Positions 1 to 12,903 of a stretch of DNA of 64,000 nt are shown in pieces; within the stretch, counting starts at the first letter, position 1; every line of letters begins with the position of its first letter. A model generated the notes under the pieces. The model searched no databases. It worked only from the letters and a program-made list of their open reading frames with translations, and was not told the origin of the DNA. Source of the DNA: Escherichia coli (GTDB lineage: Bacteria; Pseudomonadota; Gammaproteobacteria; Enterobacterales; Enterobacteriaceae). Position numbers and translations under genes: made by a program. Location: NCBI RefSeq assembly GCF_030384885.1, contig NZ_CP128613.1. The stretch is one strand, 5' to 3'.

Positions 1-1082
<1,082 letters not shown>

Positions 1083-1149
1083 TAGCCTGCGCAGACAAAT
1101 CCGGCTTCACAGCGTAAGATAATTGTTCATTTCGCGCTGTGGAGTCGGT

Positions 1150-1725
1150 ATGACGCAACAAATCACCCTCATTAAAGACAAAATTCTCTCCGATAACTAT
1201 TTCACCCTGCACAACATTACTTACGATCTCACGCGAAAAGATGGCGAAGTTATCCGCCATAAACGTGAAGTTTATGATCGTGGTAATGGTGCGACGATCC
1301 TCCTGTACAACGCGAAGAAAAAGACCGTCGTTCTGATTCGTCAGTTCCGCGTCGCTACCTGGGTTAATGGCAATGACAGCGGGCAGCTGATTGAAACCTG
1401 CGCCGGGCTGCTGGATAACGACGAACCGGAAGTGTGTATTCGCAAAGAAGCGATTGAAGAGACGGGGTATGAAGTTGGCGAAGTGCGCAAATTATTTGAA
1501 CTGTATATGTCGCCAGGCGGTGTGACTGAGCTAATCCACTTTTTTATCGCCGAATACAGTGACAGCCAGCGCGCTAATGCGGGCGGTGGTGTCGAAGATG
1601 AAGATATTGAAGTGCTCGAGCTGCCGTTCAGCCAGGCGCTGGAGATGATCAAAAGCGGCGAAATACGTGACGGTAAGACGGTGTTATTGCTTAACTATTT
1701 GCAAACATCACATTTAATGGACTGA
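1150..1725 (+). CDS. nudK: GDP-mannose pyrophosphatase (Nudix hydrolase)
   Basis: ORF 1123-1725 in track; start placed at ATG 1150 ([11 protein letters not shown]); Nudix-box-like region; synteny. Confidence 0.8.
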   Translation: MTQQITLIKDKILSDNYFTLHNITYDLTRKDGEVIRHKREVYDRGNGATILLYNAKKKTVVLIRQFRVATWVNGNDSGQLIETCAGLLDNDEPEVCIRKEAIEETGYEVGEVRKLFELYMSPGGVTELIHFFIAEYSDSQRANAGGGVEDEDIEVLELPFSQALEMIKSGEIRDGKTVLLLNYLQTSHLMD

Positions 1726-1850
1726 AAAATAACAATAATATTTCGTTGTTTATTATTGGCTCAATCCGATAAATCCGATTGAGCCGCGCTACCTGCGCAA
1801 CGAAGATACGACTTGTGCTGTTTGTTTGAACTTCTGGGGTCGTACCGTCC

Positions 1851-2894
1851 ATGCGCTATCGCATTTTCCTTCTCTTTTTTTTCGCTTTGTTGCCGACGTC
1901 TTTGGTGTGGGCGGCACCAGCGCAACGGGCATTTTCCGACTGGCAGGTCACCTGTAATAATCAAAATTTCTGTGTGGCGCGCAATACGGGCAATCATAAT
2001 GGACTGGTGATGACCCTGAGCCGCAGCGCCGGGGCGCATACCGATGCCGTTTTACGTATTGAGCGCGGCGGGTTGAAGTCGCCGGATGCGTCGGAAGGGG
2101 AGATAGCGCCACGGCTGCTGTTAGATGGCGAGCCGTTGGCGTTGAGTGGTAACACGTGGCGGATTTCACCATGGTTATTAGTAACCGATGATACGACAAC
2201 CATCACCGCGTTTTTGCAGATGATTCAGGAAGGGAAAGCGATCACCTTACGCGACGGCGATCAGACCATTTCACTGAGTGGCTTAAAAGCAGCGTTGTTG
2301 TTTATTGATGCCCAGCAAAAGCGCCTCGGCAGTGAAACTGCGTGGATCAAGAAAGGGGACGAACCGCCGCTCAGTGTACCGCCAGCGCCTGCGCTAAAAG
2401 AGGTCGCGGTAGTGAACCCGACGCCGACCCCACTTTCTCGTGAAGAACGTAACGATTTGCTGGATTACGGTAACTGGCGGATGAATGGTCTGCGCTGTTC
2501 GCTTGATCCGTTGCGTCGTGAAGTGAGCGTTACGGCGCTGACCGACGATAAAGCATTAATGATGATTAGCTGTGAAGCAGGCGCGTATAACACCATTGAT
2601 CTTGCGTGGATTGTGTCGCGTAAAAAGCCACTGGCTTCGCGCCCGGTACGGTTGCGTTTGCCGTTCAACAACGGTCAGGAGACCAATGAACTGGAACTGA
2701 TGAACGCAACATTCGATGAAAAATCGCGTGAACTGGTGACCTTAGCAAAAGGGCGCGGATTAAGCGATTGTGGCATTCAGGCGCGCTGGCGCTTTGACGG
2801 TCAGCGTTTTCGCCTGGTGCGTTACGCCGCAGAACCCACCTGTGATAACTGGCATGGGCCAGACGCCTGGCCCACGTTGTGGATCACCCGTTAA
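1851..2894 (+). CDS. ypfG: DUF1176 exported protein YpfG
   Basis: 347-aa ORF with N-terminal signal peptide; synteny between nudK and tktB. Confidence 0.75.
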   Translation: MRYRIFLLFFFALLPTSLVWAAPAQRAFSDWQVTCNNQNFCVARNTGNHNGLVMTLSRSAGAHTDAVLRIERGGLKSPDASEGEIAPRLLLDGEPLALSGNTWRISPWLLVTDDTTTITAFLQMIQEGKAITLRDGDQTISLSGLKAALLFIDAQQKRLGSETAWIKKGDEPPLSVPPAPALKEVAVVNPTPTPLSREERNDLLDYGNWRMNGLRCSLDPLRREVSVTALTDDKALMMISCEAGAYNTIDLAWIVSRKKPLASRPVRLRLPFNNGQETNELELMNATFDEKSRELVTLAKGRGLSDCGIQARWRFDGQRFRLVRYAAEPTCDNWHGPDAWPTLWITR

Positions 2895-2919
2895 ACATAA
2901 TAGCGGGAACATGTCAGCC

Positions 2920-2958
2920 TGATAAGACGCGTCAGGCCGGATAAGACGCGTCAGCGTC
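2920..2958. repeat. REP-type palindromic element(s) between ypfG and tktB
   Basis: gcctgataagacgcgtcaggc / ggataagacgcgtc...gcatccggc imperfect palindromes typical of enterobacterial REP. Confidence 0.6.
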
Positions 2959-3014
2959 GCATCCGGCAATCAGCATCCGGCAATCAGCATCCGGCAATCA
3001 GCATCCGGCAATCA
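2959..3014. repeat. Perfect 14-bp tandem repeat (gcatccggcaatca) x4, plus partial fifth unit
   Basis: Read directly: four identical adjacent 14-mers 2959-3014, ending 3 bp before the tktB stop codon. Confidence 0.9.
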
Positions 3015-3017
3015 CCA

Positions 3018-5021
3018 TCAGGCACCTTTCACTCCCAGTACCTTATGCGCTTTTGCCACAATATTCTCGGCGGTAAAGCCAAAGAACGGGAACAGCTTAT
3101 CCGCAGGAGCAGATTCCCCATAACCCGTCATCCCGACAATTGCCCCTTTCAGACCAACATATTTGTACCAGTAATCGGCGATGCCTGCTTCCACCGCCAC
3201 GCGAGCCGCAACGTTAGAAGGCAACACCGACTCACGATATTCCTCATCCTGGGCGTCGAAAATATCGGTCGAGGGCAGGGAAACAACGCGTACATTGCGA
3301 CCTTCTCCCGCTAATTTCTCTGCCGCTTGCAGGGTGATTTCCATCTCTGAACCAGTGGCAATCAAAATAATATCCGGCTTGCCGCCGCTGTCTTTCAACA
3401 CATAACCACCGCGGGCAATCTCTTTTACCTGATCTGGCGTACGTTCCACCTGGGCCAGATTCTGCCTTGAGAGGATAAGCGCCGTCGGCCCGTTGTGACG
3501 CTCGACCGCCAGCTTCCAGCCCACCGCAGCTTCCACCTGATCACACGGTCGCCAGGTGCTAAAATTCGGCGTCAGGCGCAGACTGGCCAGTTGCTCAACG
3601 GCCTGGTGCGTCGGACCATCTTCCCCTAAGCCAATAGAGTCGTGGGTATAAACCATAATCTGCCGCGCTTTCATCAGTGCCGCCATCCGCGCGGCGTTAC
3701 GGGCGTATTCAACAAACATCAGGAACGTCGCGGTATACGGCACGAAGCCGCCGTGGTGCGCAATGCCATTGGCGATAGCGGTCATACCAAATTCACGCAC
3801 CCCGTAGTGAATATAGTTGCCCGCCGGATCTTCCTTCAGCGACACAGAACCTTTCCAGATGGTGAGGTTGCTGGGAGCCAGATCCGCCGAACCGCCGAGC
3901 AACTCAGGCAGCATGGGCCCGTAAGCGTTAAGCGTATTTTGCGAAGCCTTACGGGTCGCGATTTTCGCCGGATTCGCCTGCAACTCATTGATATATTTCT
4001 GCGTCGTTTTTTCCCAGTCTTTTGGTAAACCACCGCTCATCCGGCGAGTAAACTCTTCTGCCAGTTGCGGATGAGCCTTTTTATACGCGGCAAACTTCTC
4101 ATTCCAGCTCTGCTGTGCTTTTTCGCCTTTTTCGCGAGCGTCCCAGGCGTGATAAATCTCTTTGGGGATCTCAAATGGCGGATGATGCCAGCCCAGTTTC
4201 TGTCGAGCCAGCGCCACCTCTTCTTCACCCAGCGGTGCGCCGTGCGCCTCTTCTTTACCTGCTTTATTCGGTGAACCAAAGCCAATCACCGTACGGCAGA
4301 TAATCAGCGATGGCTTATCTTTTACGCTTTGCGCTTCAAGAATCGCTTCCTTCACCGCCTGCGGATCGTGACCGTCGATTTCATGGATCACATGCCAGTG
4401 ATAGGCTTCAAAACGTTTTGCCGTATCGTCGGTAAACCAGCCTTCGGTTTCACCGTCGATGGAAATACCATTGTGATCGTAAAAACCAATCAGCTTGCCC
4501 AGCCCCAGCGTGCCCGCCAGCGAACAGACTTCGTGAGAAATACCTTCCATCAGGCAGCCGTCACCCATAAACACATAGGTGAAGTGATCGACAATTTCAT
4601 GATCCGGCTGGTTAAACTGCGCCGCCAGTGTACGTTCTGCTATCGCCAGTCCGACCGCGTTCGCCAAACCTTGTCCAAGTGGACCGGTGGTGGTTTCAAC
4701 ACCAGGCGTATAGCCAATCTCCGGGTGACCAGGGGTTTTCGAATGCAACTGACGGAAGTTCTTCAGCTCTTCCAGCGGCAGGTCGTAACCGGTCAGATGA
4801 AGCAAACTGTAGAGCAGCATCGACGCGTGACCGTTGGAGAGAATAAAGCGGTCGCGATCATACCAGGTTGGATCGGTGGGGTTATGTTTAAGAAAATCGT
4901 TCCACAGCACTTCGGCAATATCAGCCATGCCCATCGGCGCGCCGGGATGACCAGAATTGGCTTTTTGTACCGCATCCATACTGAGCGCGCGAATCGCATT
5001 GGCAAGGTCTTTTCGGGACAT
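3018..5021 (-). CDS. tktB: Transketolase 2
   Basis: ORF 3018-5084 in track; start placed at [18 protein letters not shown] (ATG 5021); transketolase TPP-binding motifs; talA-tktB pairing. Confidence 0.9.
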   Translation of the reverse strand: MSRKDLANAIRALSMDAVQKANSGHPGAPMGMADIAEVLWNDFLKHNPTDPTWYDRDRFILSNGHASMLLYSLLHLTGYDLPLEELKNFRQLHSKTPGHPEIGYTPGVETTTGPLGQGLANAVGLAIAERTLAAQFNQPDHEIVDHFTYVFMGDGCLMEGISHEVCSLAGTLGLGKLIGFYDHNGISIDGETEGWFTDDTAKRFEAYHWHVIHEIDGHDPQAVKEAILEAQSVKDKPSLIICRTVIGFGSPNKAGKEEAHGAPLGEEEVALARQKLGWHHPPFEIPKEIYHAWDAREKGEKAQQSWNEKFAAYKKAHPQLAEEFTRRMSGGLPKDWEKTTQKYINELQANPAKIATRKASQNTLNAYGPMLPELLGGSADLAPSNLTIWKGSVSLKEDPAGNYIHYGVREFGMTAIANGIAHHGGFVPYTATFLMFVEYARNAARMAALMKARQIMVYTHDSIGLGEDGPTHQAVEQLASLRLTPNFSTWRPCDQVEAAVGWKLAVERHNGPTALILSRQNLAQVERTPDQVKEIARGGYVLKDSGGKPDIILIATGSEMEITLQAAEKLAGEGRNVRVVSLPSTDIFDAQDEEYRESVLPSNVAARVAVEAGIADYWYKYVGLKGAIVGMTGYGESAPADKLFPFFGFTAENIVAKAHKVLGVKGA

Positions 5022-5040
5022 ATAACACTCCGTGGCTGGT

Positions 5041-5991
5041 TTATAGTTTGACGGCAAGAAGATCTTCCAGTTTGCGTTGATCAACGGCGAACAGGCGGAT
5101 GCCTTCAGAGAGTTTTTCTACCGCCATTGCATCCTGATTGTGCTCCCAACGGAACTCCGCTTCGCTCATCGGGGCTGGGCGTGGGAACGTCTGAGAAGGC
5201 GGGATTAATTTACGCACTACTGGAGAAACTTTTTCCTGCAGCTCCTTCAGCAAATTCGGCGCAATAGTCAGTCGATCACAGCCGGTTAAGGCGAGGATTT
5301 GTTCGGTGCGACGGAAGCTCGCGCCCATTACAATGGTTTCGTAGTGGTGTTGCTTATAGTAGTCGTAGATATTGCGCACTGACTTAACGCCCGGATCTTC
5401 TTCCACCACATACGGGTCCATCGGCTTACGCGCCTGATACCAGTCATAAATACGCCCGACAAACGGCGAAATCAGAAAAACGCCTGCTTCTGCACAGGCC
5501 CGCGCCTGAGCAAAAGAAAACAGTAGCGTCAGGTTGCAGTTAATACCTTCTTTTTCCAGTTCTTCTGCCGCGCGAATTCCTTCCCAGGTTGAAGCCAGCT
5601 TGATCAGAATACGTGATTTCTCAACGCCTTGTTGCTGATACAAGTCCACCAAATGGCGCGCCTTCTCAATACTTTTTTCTTTATCAAAAGAGAGGCGTGC
5701 ATCAACTTCTGTTGACACGCGACCGGGTACGATTTTGAGAATTTCAGTACCGAAATTGACCGCCAGTTTGTCACATGCAGCGACCACCTGTTGTTCCTGG
5801 GTCTTGCCATTTTTTTTACCCCAGGCGATAGCATCGTCTATTAAATGCTCATATTGTGATAATCCGGCAGCCTTGAGTAACAGCGAAGGATTGGTGGTGG
5901 CATCCTGGGGATGATAATGGCGAATGGACTCAATATCGCCGCTGTCTGCCACGACAGTGGTGAACTGTTTGATGCCGTCTAACTCGTTCAT
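5041..5991 (-). CDS. talA: Transaldolase A
   Basis: 316-aa ORF, transaldolase sequence; immediately upstream of tktB on same strand. Confidence 0.9.
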   Translation of the reverse strand: MNELDGIKQFTTVVADSGDIESIRHYHPQDATTNPSLLLKAAGLSQYEHLIDDAIAWGKKNGKTQEQQVVAACDKLAVNFGTEILKIVPGRVSTEVDARLSFDKEKSIEKARHLVDLYQQQGVEKSRILIKLASTWEGIRAAEELEKEGINCNLTLLFSFAQARACAEAGVFLISPFVGRIYDWYQARKPMDPYVVEEDPGVKSVRNIYDYYKQHHYETIVMGASFRRTEQILALTGCDRLTIAPNLLKELQEKVSPVVRKLIPPSQTFPRPAPMSEAEFRWEHNQDAMAVEKLSEGIRLFAVDQRKLEDLLAVKL

Positions 5992-6278
5992 AGGAAATAC
6001 TCCTTGAAAAGTAAAGTGTTAGATGAGTGCGTTAATTCACACTTCTGAGAAATTTCGCTAAACGCATCAAAAAAGCATAGCAGACAGGCATGGTATTGCT
6101 GGATTAAGCAGGTAACATCAGTGTTATAGGATTATTACCAAAACATTATGTTAATGGTGAGAGTTTGGACTTGCTCAAAGTCTGTAGGCTCCGGCAAGGT
6201 AATAATGTGCGCCACGTTGTGGGCAAGGCTGTTGCTCACACACTTTATTTGTGAACGTTACGTGAAAGGAACAACCAA

Positions 6279-8558
6279 ATGGATGACCAGTTAAAACAAA
6301 GTGCACTTGATTTCCATGAATTTCCAGTTCCAGGGAAAATCCAGGTTTCTCCAACCAAGCCTCTGGCAACGCAGCGCGATCTGGCGCTGGCCTACTCACC
6401 AGGCGTTGCCGCACCTTGTCTTGAAATCGAAAAAGACCCGTTAAAAGCCTACAAATATACCGCTCGTGGTAACCTGGTGGCGGTGATCTCTAACGGTACG
6501 GCGGTGCTGGGGTTAGGCAACATTGGCGCGCTGGCAGGCAAACCGGTGATGGAAGGCAAGGGCGTTCTGTTTAAGAAATTCGCCGGGATTGATGTATTTG
6601 ACATTGAAGTTGATGAACTTGACCCGGACAAATTTATTGAAGTCGTCGCTGCGCTCGAACCGACCTTCGGCGGCATCAACCTCGAAGACATTAAAGCGCC
6701 AGAATGTTTCTATATTGAACAGAAACTGCGCGAGCGGATGAATATTCCAGTATTCCACGACGATCAGCACGGCACGGCAATTATCAGCACTGCAGCCATC
6801 CTCAACGGATTGCGCGTGGTGGAGAAAAACATCTCCGACGTGCGAATGGTGGTTTCCGGCGCGGGTGCAGCAGCAATTGCCTGTATGAACCTGCTGGTGG
6901 CGCTGGGGCTGCAAAAACATAACATCGTGGTTTGTGATTCAAAAGGCGTTATCTATCAGGGCCGTGAGCCAAATATGGCGGAAACCAAAGCCGCATATGC
7001 GGTGGTGGATGACGGCAAACGTACCCTCGATGATGTAATTGAAGGCGCGGATATTTTCCTGGGCTGTTCCGGCCCGAAAGTGCTGACCCAGGAAATGGTT
7101 AAGAAAATGGCTCGTGCGCCGATGATCCTGGCGCTTGCGAACCCGGAACCAGAAATTCTGCCGCCGCTGGCGAAAGAAGTGCGTCCGGATGCCATCATCT
7201 GTACCGGCCGTTCCGACTACCCGAACCAGGTTAATAACGTGCTTTGCTTCCCGTTCATCTTCCGTGGCGCGCTGGACGTTGGCGCAACCGCCATCAACGA
7301 AGAGATGAAACTGGCGGCGGTACGCGCGATTGCAGAACTGGCCCATGCGGAACAGAGCGAAGTCGTTGCTTCGGCGTATGGCGATCAAGATCTGAGCTTC
7401 GGCCCGGAATACATCATTCCAAAACCGTTTGATCCGCGTTTGATCGTTAAGATCGCTCCTGCGGTCGCTAAAGCGGCGATGGAGTCGGGCGTGGCGACGC
7501 GTCCGATTGCTGATTTCGACGTCTACATCGACAAGCTGACTGAGTTCGTTTACAAAACCAACCTGTTTATGAAGCCGATTTTCTCCCAGGCCCGCAAAGC
7601 GCCGAAGCGCGTTGTTTTGCCGGAAGGGGAAGAGGCTCGCGTTCTGCATGCTACTCAGGAACTGGTGACGCTGGGACTGGCGAAACCGATCCTTATCGGT
7701 CGTCCGAACGTGATCGAAATGCGCATTCAAAAACTGGGCTTGCAGATCAAAGCGGGCGTTGATTTTGAGATCGTCAATAACGAATCCGATCCGCGTTTTA
7801 AAGAATACTGGACCGAATACTTCCAGATCATGAAGCGCCGTGGTGTAACTCAGGAGCAGGCGCAGCGGGCACTGATCAGTAACCCGACAGTGATCGGCGC
7901 GATCATGGTTCAGCGTGGCGAAGCCGATGCAATGATTTGCGGTACGGTGGGCGATTATCATGAACACTTCAGCGTGGTGAAAAATGTCTTTGGTTATCGC
8001 GATGGCGTTCACACCGCAGGCGCAATGAACGCGCTGCTATTGCCGAGTGGTAACACTTTTATTGCCGATACCTACGTCAATGACGAGCCAGACGCAGAAG
8101 AGCTGGCGGAGATCACCTTGATGGCGGCAGAAACTGTTCGTCGTTTTGGTATTGAGCCGCGTGTGGCTCTGTTGTCGCACTCCAACTTTGGTTCTTCTGA
8201 CTGCCCGTCGTCGAGCAAAATGCGTCAAGCGCTGGAACTGATCAGAGAGCGTGCGCCAGAACTGATGATTGATGGTGAAATGCACGGCGATGCAGCGCTG
8301 GTGGAAGCGATTCGCAGCGATCGAATGCCGGACAGTCCTTTGAAAGGTTCTGCCAATATTCTGGTGATGCCGAACATGGAAGCTGCCCGTATTAGTTACA
8401 ACTTACTGCGTGTTTCCAGCTCGGAAGGTGTGACTGTCGGTCCGGTGCTGATGGGTGTGGCGAAACCGGTTCACGTGTTAACACCAATCGCATCCGTACG
8501 TCGTATCGTCAACATGGTGGCGCTGGCCGTGGTTGAAGCGCAAACCCAACCGCTGTAA
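6279..8558 (+). CDS. maeB: NADP-dependent malic enzyme (malic enzyme + phosphotransacetylase-like domain)
   Basis: 759-aa ORF; N-terminal malic-enzyme region and C-terminal PTA-like region; synteny. Confidence 0.9.
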   Translation: MDDQLKQSALDFHEFPVPGKIQVSPTKPLATQRDLALAYSPGVAAPCLEIEKDPLKAYKYTARGNLVAVISNGTAVLGLGNIGALAGKPVMEGKGVLFKKFAGIDVFDIEVDELDPDKFIEVVAALEPTFGGINLEDIKAPECFYIEQKLRERMNIPVFHDDQHGTAIISTAAILNGLRVVEKNISDVRMVVSGAGAAAIACMNLLVALGLQKHNIVVCDSKGVIYQGREPNMAETKAAYAVVDDGKRTLDDVIEGADIFLGCSGPKVLTQEMVKKMARAPMILALANPEPEILPPLAKEVRPDAIICTGRSDYPNQVNNVLCFPFIFRGALDVGATAINEEMKLAAVRAIAELAHAEQSEVVASAYGDQDLSFGPEYIIPKPFDPRLIVKIAPAVAKAAMESGVATRPIADFDVYIDKLTEFVYKTNLFMKPIFSQARKAPKRVVLPEGEEARVLHATQELVTLGLAKPILIGRPNVIEMRIQKLGLQIKAGVDFEIVNNESDPRFKEYWTEYFQIMKRRGVTQEQAQRALISNPTVIGAIMVQRGEADAMICGTVGDYHEHFSVVKNVFGYRDGVHTAGAMNALLLPSGNTFIADTYVNDEPDAEELAEITLMAAETVRRFGIEPRVALLSHSNFGSSDCPSSSKMRQALELIRERAPELMIDGEMHGDAALVEAIRSDRMPDSPLKGSANILVMPNMEAARISYNLLRVSSSEGVTVGPVLMGVAKPVHVLTPIASVRRIVNMVALAVVEAQTQPL

Positions 8559-8575
8559 TTCATTCTTAACTCTCA

Positions 8576-8608
8576 CGCTTACCCTGAATATTCAGGGTAA
8601 GCGGTTTT
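8576..8608 (+). terminator. Rho-independent terminator downstream of maeB
   Basis: Perfect hairpin cgcttaccctgaatattcagggtaagcg followed by gtttt. Confidence 0.6.
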
Positions 8609-8850
8609 ACTGTAATATATTAGTAAAGCTTATTACTAAGTTTTCGAATAATAAAAAAAGCAGCATATAAACTATCTCGATATCATTTTATTTATATTCA
8701 TGCGTTGCATATGAAAGTTTATGCATCACAGTAAATATCTCTCCATTCTTAGTGATCTACCTCACCTTTTAAACGCGCTTGCCGAATTTTGTTATTTACT
8801 CTGACGAAAAATTGTCACGATACACGAAAGTTTTTCACAGGCGGCGACTC
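8609..8850 (+). promoter_or_regulatory. AT-rich upstream region of eutS (eut operon promoter expected here)
   Basis: 292-bp AT-rich intergenic region preceding the first eut gene; the exact promoter and EutR site are not determined. Confidence 0.3.
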
Positions 8851-9186
8851 ATGGATAAAGAACGCATCATTCAGGAATTTGTGCCCGGCAAACAGGTCAC
8901 ACTGGCGCATCTCATCGCGCATCCCGGCGAGGAACTGGCGAAGAAAATCGGCGTTCCGGATGCGGGCGCAATTGGCATTATGACGCTAACTCCCGGCGAA
9001 ACGGCGATGATCGCCGGTGATTTAGCGCTGAAAGCCGCCGATGTGCATATCGGTTTTCTCGACCGTTTTAGCGGCGCACTGGTGATTTATGGTTCGGTGG
9101 GCGCAGTAGAAGAAGCGTTATCACAAACCGTCAGCGGTTTAGGTCGCTTATTAAATTATACGCTGTGTGAAATGACCAAAAGTTAA
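8851..9186 (+). CDS. eutS: Ethanolamine-utilisation microcompartment shell protein EutS
   Basis: Start placed at ATG 8851 ([10 protein letters not shown]), 111 aa; BMC-type shell protein; first gene of eut operon. Confidence 0.85.
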
Positions 9187-9198
9187 TACGAGGCATTC

Positions 9199-9678
9199 AT
9201 GAAACGAATTGCGTTTGTGGGTGCCGTCGGGGCAGGAAAAACAACGTTATTTAATGCATTACAGGGGAATTATACCCTCGCAAGAAAAACACAGGCCGTG
9301 GAATTTAATGATAAGGGTGATATTGATACGCCGGGTGAATATTTTAGCCATCCCCGCTGGTATCACGCCTTAATTACCACGCTACAGGATGTGGACATGC
9401 TGATTTATGTCCACGGCGCGAATGACCCGGAAAGCCGATTGCCTGCCGGGTTGCTGGATATTGGTGCCAGCAAACGGCAAATCGCCGTCATCAGTAAAAC
9501 GGACATGCCGGATGCTGACGTCGCAGCAACGCGAAAGTTATTGCTTGAAACTGGTTTTGAAGAGCCGATTTTCGAGCTAAACAGCCACGACCCGCAAAGC
9601 GTGCAGCAACTGGTGGATTATCTGGCATCTCTCACCGAACAGGAGGAAGCAGGTGAAAAAACTCATCACAGCGAATGA
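9199..9678 (+). CDS. eutP: Ethanolamine-utilisation protein EutP (P-loop NTPase)
   Basis: 159-aa ORF with Walker A GAVGAGKTT; operon position. Confidence 0.85.
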   Translation: MKRIAFVGAVGAGKTTLFNALQGNYTLARKTQAVEFNDKGDIDTPGEYFSHPRWYHALITTLQDVDMLIYVHGANDPESRLPAGLLDIGASKRQIAVISKTDMPDADVAATRKLLLETGFEEPIFELNSHDPQSVQQLVDYLASLTEQEEAGEKTHHSE

Positions 9679-10354
9679 TATTCGTGAAGCACATGCGCGC
9701 GGCGAACAGGCAATGTCCGTGGTTCTGCGCGCCAGCATTATTACCCCGGAAGCCCGTGAAGTGGCGGATCTGTTGGGTTTTACCATCACCGAATGTGATG
9801 AATCGACTGCGGTAACGACGTCCGTTCCCGCCAGCGTGCCAGCCGATAAAACCGAAAGCCAGCGCATCCGCGAAACCATCATCGCCCAGCTACCGGAAGG
9901 CCAGTTTACCGAAAGCCTGGTCGCGCAGCTGATGGAAAAAGTGATGAAGGAAAAACAGTCGCTGGAGCAGGGGGCAATGCAGCCGAGTTTTAAATCGGTG
10001 ACCGGCAAAGGCGGCATCAAAGTTATTGATGGCAGCAGCGTGAAGTTTGGTCGTTTCGATGGCGCGGAACCGCACTGCGTAGGCTTGACTGATCTCGTGA
10101 CCGGAGACGACGGCAGCAGCATGGCCGCCGGTTTTATGCAGTGGGAGAACGCCTTCTTCCCGTGGACCCTGAACTACGACGAAATCGACATGGTACTGGA
10201 AGGGGAGCTTCATGTTCGCCATGAAGGCGAAACCATGATCGCTAAAGCAGGCGACGTGATGTTTATCCCGAAAGGTTCCAGCATCGAATTTGGTACGACA
10301 TCCAGCGTGAAATTCCTGTATGTCGCCTGGCCGGCTAACTGGCAATCCCTATGA
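9653..10354 (+). CDS. eutQ: Ethanolamine-utilisation protein EutQ (cupin)
   Basis: 233-aa ORF overlapping eutP 3' end; operon position. Confidence 0.85.
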   Translation: MKKLITANDIREAHARGEQAMSVVLRASIITPEAREVADLLGFTITECDESTAVTTSVPASVPADKTESQRIRETIIAQLPEGQFTESLVAQLMEKVMKEKQSLEQGAMQPSFKSVTGKGGIKVIDGSSVKFGRFDGAEPHCVGLTDLVTGDDGSSMAAGFMQWENAFFPWTLNYDEIDMVLEGELHVRHEGETMIAKAGDVMFIPKGSSIEFGTTSSVKFLYVAWPANWQSL

Positions 10355-11154
10355 AAGATTTCATCACCGAAGCATGGCTAAGAGCGAACCATACGCTCAG
10401 CGAAGGCGCAGAGATCCATCTCCCTGCGGACAGTCGCCTGACGCCCTCTGCCCGGGAGTTACTGGAAAGCCGCCATCTGCGCATCAAGTTTATTGACGAG
10501 CAGGGCCGCCTGTTTGTTGACGATGAACAGCAGCAGCTACAGCCCGTTCACGTGCTGACCAGTAGTGATGAACATCCGCAGGCGTGCTGCGAACTGTGTC
10601 ACCAGCCAGTGGCGAAAAAGCCGGACACGCTGACTCACCTGTCGGCGGAAAAAATGGTCGCCAAAAGCGATCCGCGCCTGGGTTTTCGCGCTGTTCTCGA
10701 CAGCACCATTGCGCTGGTAGTGTGGCTGCAAATTGAACTGACAGAACCGTGGCAGCCGTGGCTGGCGGATATCCGTTCGCGTCTTGGCAACATTATGCGT
10801 GCCGATGTGTTGGGCGAACCGCTGGGCTGCCAGGCGATTGTCGGGTTTTCTGACGAAGATCTGCATCGACTTTCTCACCAGCCACTACGTTATCTCGACC
10901 ACGATCATCTGGTGCCGGAAGCCAGCCACGGACGTGATGCGGCGTTGCTGAATCTGCTACGCACCAAAGTGCGGGAAACCGAAACCGTCGCGGCGCAGGT
11001 GTTTATTACCCGTAGTTTTGAAGTATTACGCCCGGACATCTTGCAGGCGCTGAACCGCCTTTCCAGCACGGTTTACGTGATGATGATTTTGAGCGTAACG
11101 AAGCAGCCGCTAACGGTGAAGCAGATCCAACAACGACTGGGGGAAACGCAATGA
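10351..11154 (+). CDS. eutT: Ethanolamine-utilisation cobalamin adenosyltransferase EutT
   Basis: 267-aa ORF, 4-bp overlap with eutQ; operon position. Confidence 0.85.
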   Translation: MKDFITEAWLRANHTLSEGAEIHLPADSRLTPSARELLESRHLRIKFIDEQGRLFVDDEQQQLQPVHVLTSSDEHPQACCELCHQPVAKKPDTLTHLSAEKMVAKSDPRLGFRAVLDSTIALVVWLQIELTEPWQPWLADIRSRLGNIMRADVLGEPLGCQAIVGFSDEDLHRLSHQPLRYLDHDHLVPEASHGRDAALLNLLRTKVRETETVAAQVFITRSFEVLRPDILQALNRLSSTVYVMMILSVTKQPLTVKQIQQRLGETQ

Positions 11155-12167
11155 TTATTGAACGTTGTCGTGAACTGGCGTTGCGAGCGCCCGCCAGAGT
11201 GGTATTTCCGGATGCGTTAGATCAACGTGTGCTGAAAGCTGCGCAATATTTACATCAACAAGGTCTGGCAACGCCCATTCTGGTCGCCAATCCGTTTGAA
11301 CTTCGTCAGTTTGCGCTCAGTCACGGCGTGGCGATGGACGGGCTACTGGTGATTGATCCTCATAGCAACCTCGCAATGCGGGAAGAATTTGCTGACCGCT
11401 GGCAGGCCCGTGCGGGAGATAAAACGCCGTCGGATGCGCTGGAAAAACTTACCGATCCACTGATGTTCGCTGCCGCAATGGTCAGCGCTGGTAAAGCGGA
11501 TGTCTGTATCGCGGGCAACCTCTCTTCAACGGCAAATGTACTACGTGCCGGATTACGCGTTATCGGCTTGCAGCCTGGCTGTAAAACGCTCTCCTCCATT
11601 TTCCTGATGCTGCCACAGTACAGCGGTCCAGCGATGGGCTTTGCCGATTGCAGCGTAGTGCCACAGCCGACGGCGGCACAACTGGCGGATATCGCGCTTG
11701 CCAGCGCCGAAACCTGGCGAGCCATCACTGGAGAAGAGCCGCGCGTGGCGATGTTGTCGTTTTCCAGTAACGGCAGCGCCCGTCACCCCTGCGTTGCCAA
11801 CGTGCAGCAAGCGACAGAAATCGTCCGTGAGCGCGCGCCGCAGCTGGTCGTCGATGGCGAGTTGCAGTTTGACGCCGCCTTTGTGCCGGAAGTGGCGGCG
11901 CAAAAAGCGCCAGCCAGCCCGCTACAGGGCAAAGCCAATGTGATGGTTTTTCCGTCGCTGGAGGCGGGAAATATTGGCTACAAAATCGCACAACGACTTG
12001 GCGGATATCGTGCCGTCGGGCCATTGATACAAGGACTTGCCGCGCCGATGCACGATCTCTCTCGTGGTTGTAGCGTGCAGGAAATTATCGAGCTGGCGCT
12101 GGTGGCAGCTGTGCCGCGTCAGACAAAAGTGAACCGCGAAAGCAGTTTACAAACACTGGTTGAATGA
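11151..12167 (+). CDS. eutD: Phosphotransacetylase EutD
   Basis: 338-aa ORF, PTA-family sequence; operon position. Confidence 0.85.
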   Translation: MIIERCRELALRAPARVVFPDALDQRVLKAAQYLHQQGLATPILVANPFELRQFALSHGVAMDGLLVIDPHSNLAMREEFADRWQARAGDKTPSDALEKLTDPLMFAAAMVSAGKADVCIAGNLSSTANVLRAGLRVIGLQPGCKTLSSIFLMLPQYSGPAMGFADCSVVPQPTAAQLADIALASAETWRAITGEEPRVAMLSFSSNGSARHPCVANVQQATEIVRERAPQLVVDGELQFDAAFVPEVAAQKAPASPLQGKANVMVFPSLEAGNIGYKIAQRLGGYRAVGPLIQGLAAPMHDLSRGCSVQEIIELALVAAVPRQTKVNRESSLQTLVE

Positions 12168-12205
12168 ACGGTCCCGTTCTGGACCCCTATAAAGAGGAAA
12201 ACACA

Positions 12206-12499
12206 ATGGAAGCATTAGGAATGATCGAAACCCGGGGCCTGGTTGCACTGATTGAGGCTTCTGATGCGATGGTGAAAGCTGCGCGCGTCAAACTGGTCGG
12301 CGTGAAGCAGATTGGCGGCGGCCTGTGTACTGCCATGGTTCGCGGTGATGTTGCAGCCTGTAAAGCCGCGACCGATGCCGGTGCCGCAGCGGCACAGCGT
12401 ATCGGTGAACTGGTATCCGTACATGTTATTCCGCGTCCGCACGGCGATCTGGAAGAGGTCTTCCCGATCGGCCTGAAAGGCGATAGCAGCAACCTGTAA
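12206..12499 (+). CDS. eutM: Microcompartment shell protein EutM (BMC hexamer)
   Basis: Start placed at [12 protein letters not shown] (ATG 12206), 97 aa; canonical BMC-domain sequence. Confidence 0.9.
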   Translation: MEALGMIETRGLVALIEASDAMVKAARVKLVGVKQIGGGLCTAMVRGDVAACKAATDAGAAAAQRIGELVSVHVIPRPHGDLEEVFPIGLKGDSSNL

Positions 12500-12604
12500 T
12501 CACCCTGTGTGACGTCGATCCGGGCGTCACGCTCTCTCCTTTTTCTTTTACCTTCCGCGGAGGGTAGGGGGAGTTTTTACCTGAAATACGCCACGGAGGC
12601 GGGT

Positions 12605-12892
12605 ATGAAACTGGCAGTCGTCACAGGACAAATTGTTTGTACCGTACGCCATCACGGACTGGCGCATGACAAATTGCTGATGGTGGAAATGATTGATCCA
12701 CAAGGTAATCCTGATGGGCAATGTGCTGTCGCCATCGACAATATTGGCGCGGGAACCGGGGAGTGGGTGTTGCTGGTGAGTGGCAGTTCCGCCCGCCAGG
12801 CGCATAAAAGCGAAACGTCACCGGTCGATCTGTGCGTGATTGGCATCGTCGATGAGGTGGTGTCTGGCGGTCAGGTAATTTTCCACAAATAA
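12605..12892 (+). CDS. eutN: Microcompartment vertex protein EutN
   Basis: Start placed at MKLAVVTGQIV (ATG 12605), 95 aa; EutN/CcmL family. Confidence 0.85.
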   Translation: MKLAVVTGQIVCTVRHHGLAHDKLLMVEMIDPQGNPDGQCAVAIDNIGAGTGEWVLLVSGSSARQAHKSETSPVDLCVIGIVDEVVSGGQVIFHK

Positions 12893-12903
12893 GGCAGAAC
12901 ATC

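Noticed and set aside
2959-3014. Possible CRISPR array
   Set aside because: The 14-bp units are directly adjacent with no spacers, and there are no cas genes; it is a simple tandem repeat within a REP cluster.
4329-5051. 240-aa + strand ORF
   Set aside because: Antisense to tktB and talA, which have full-length recognisable products.
6939-8012. 357-aa - strand ORF
   Set aside because: Antisense within maeB; typical GC-rich shadow frame.
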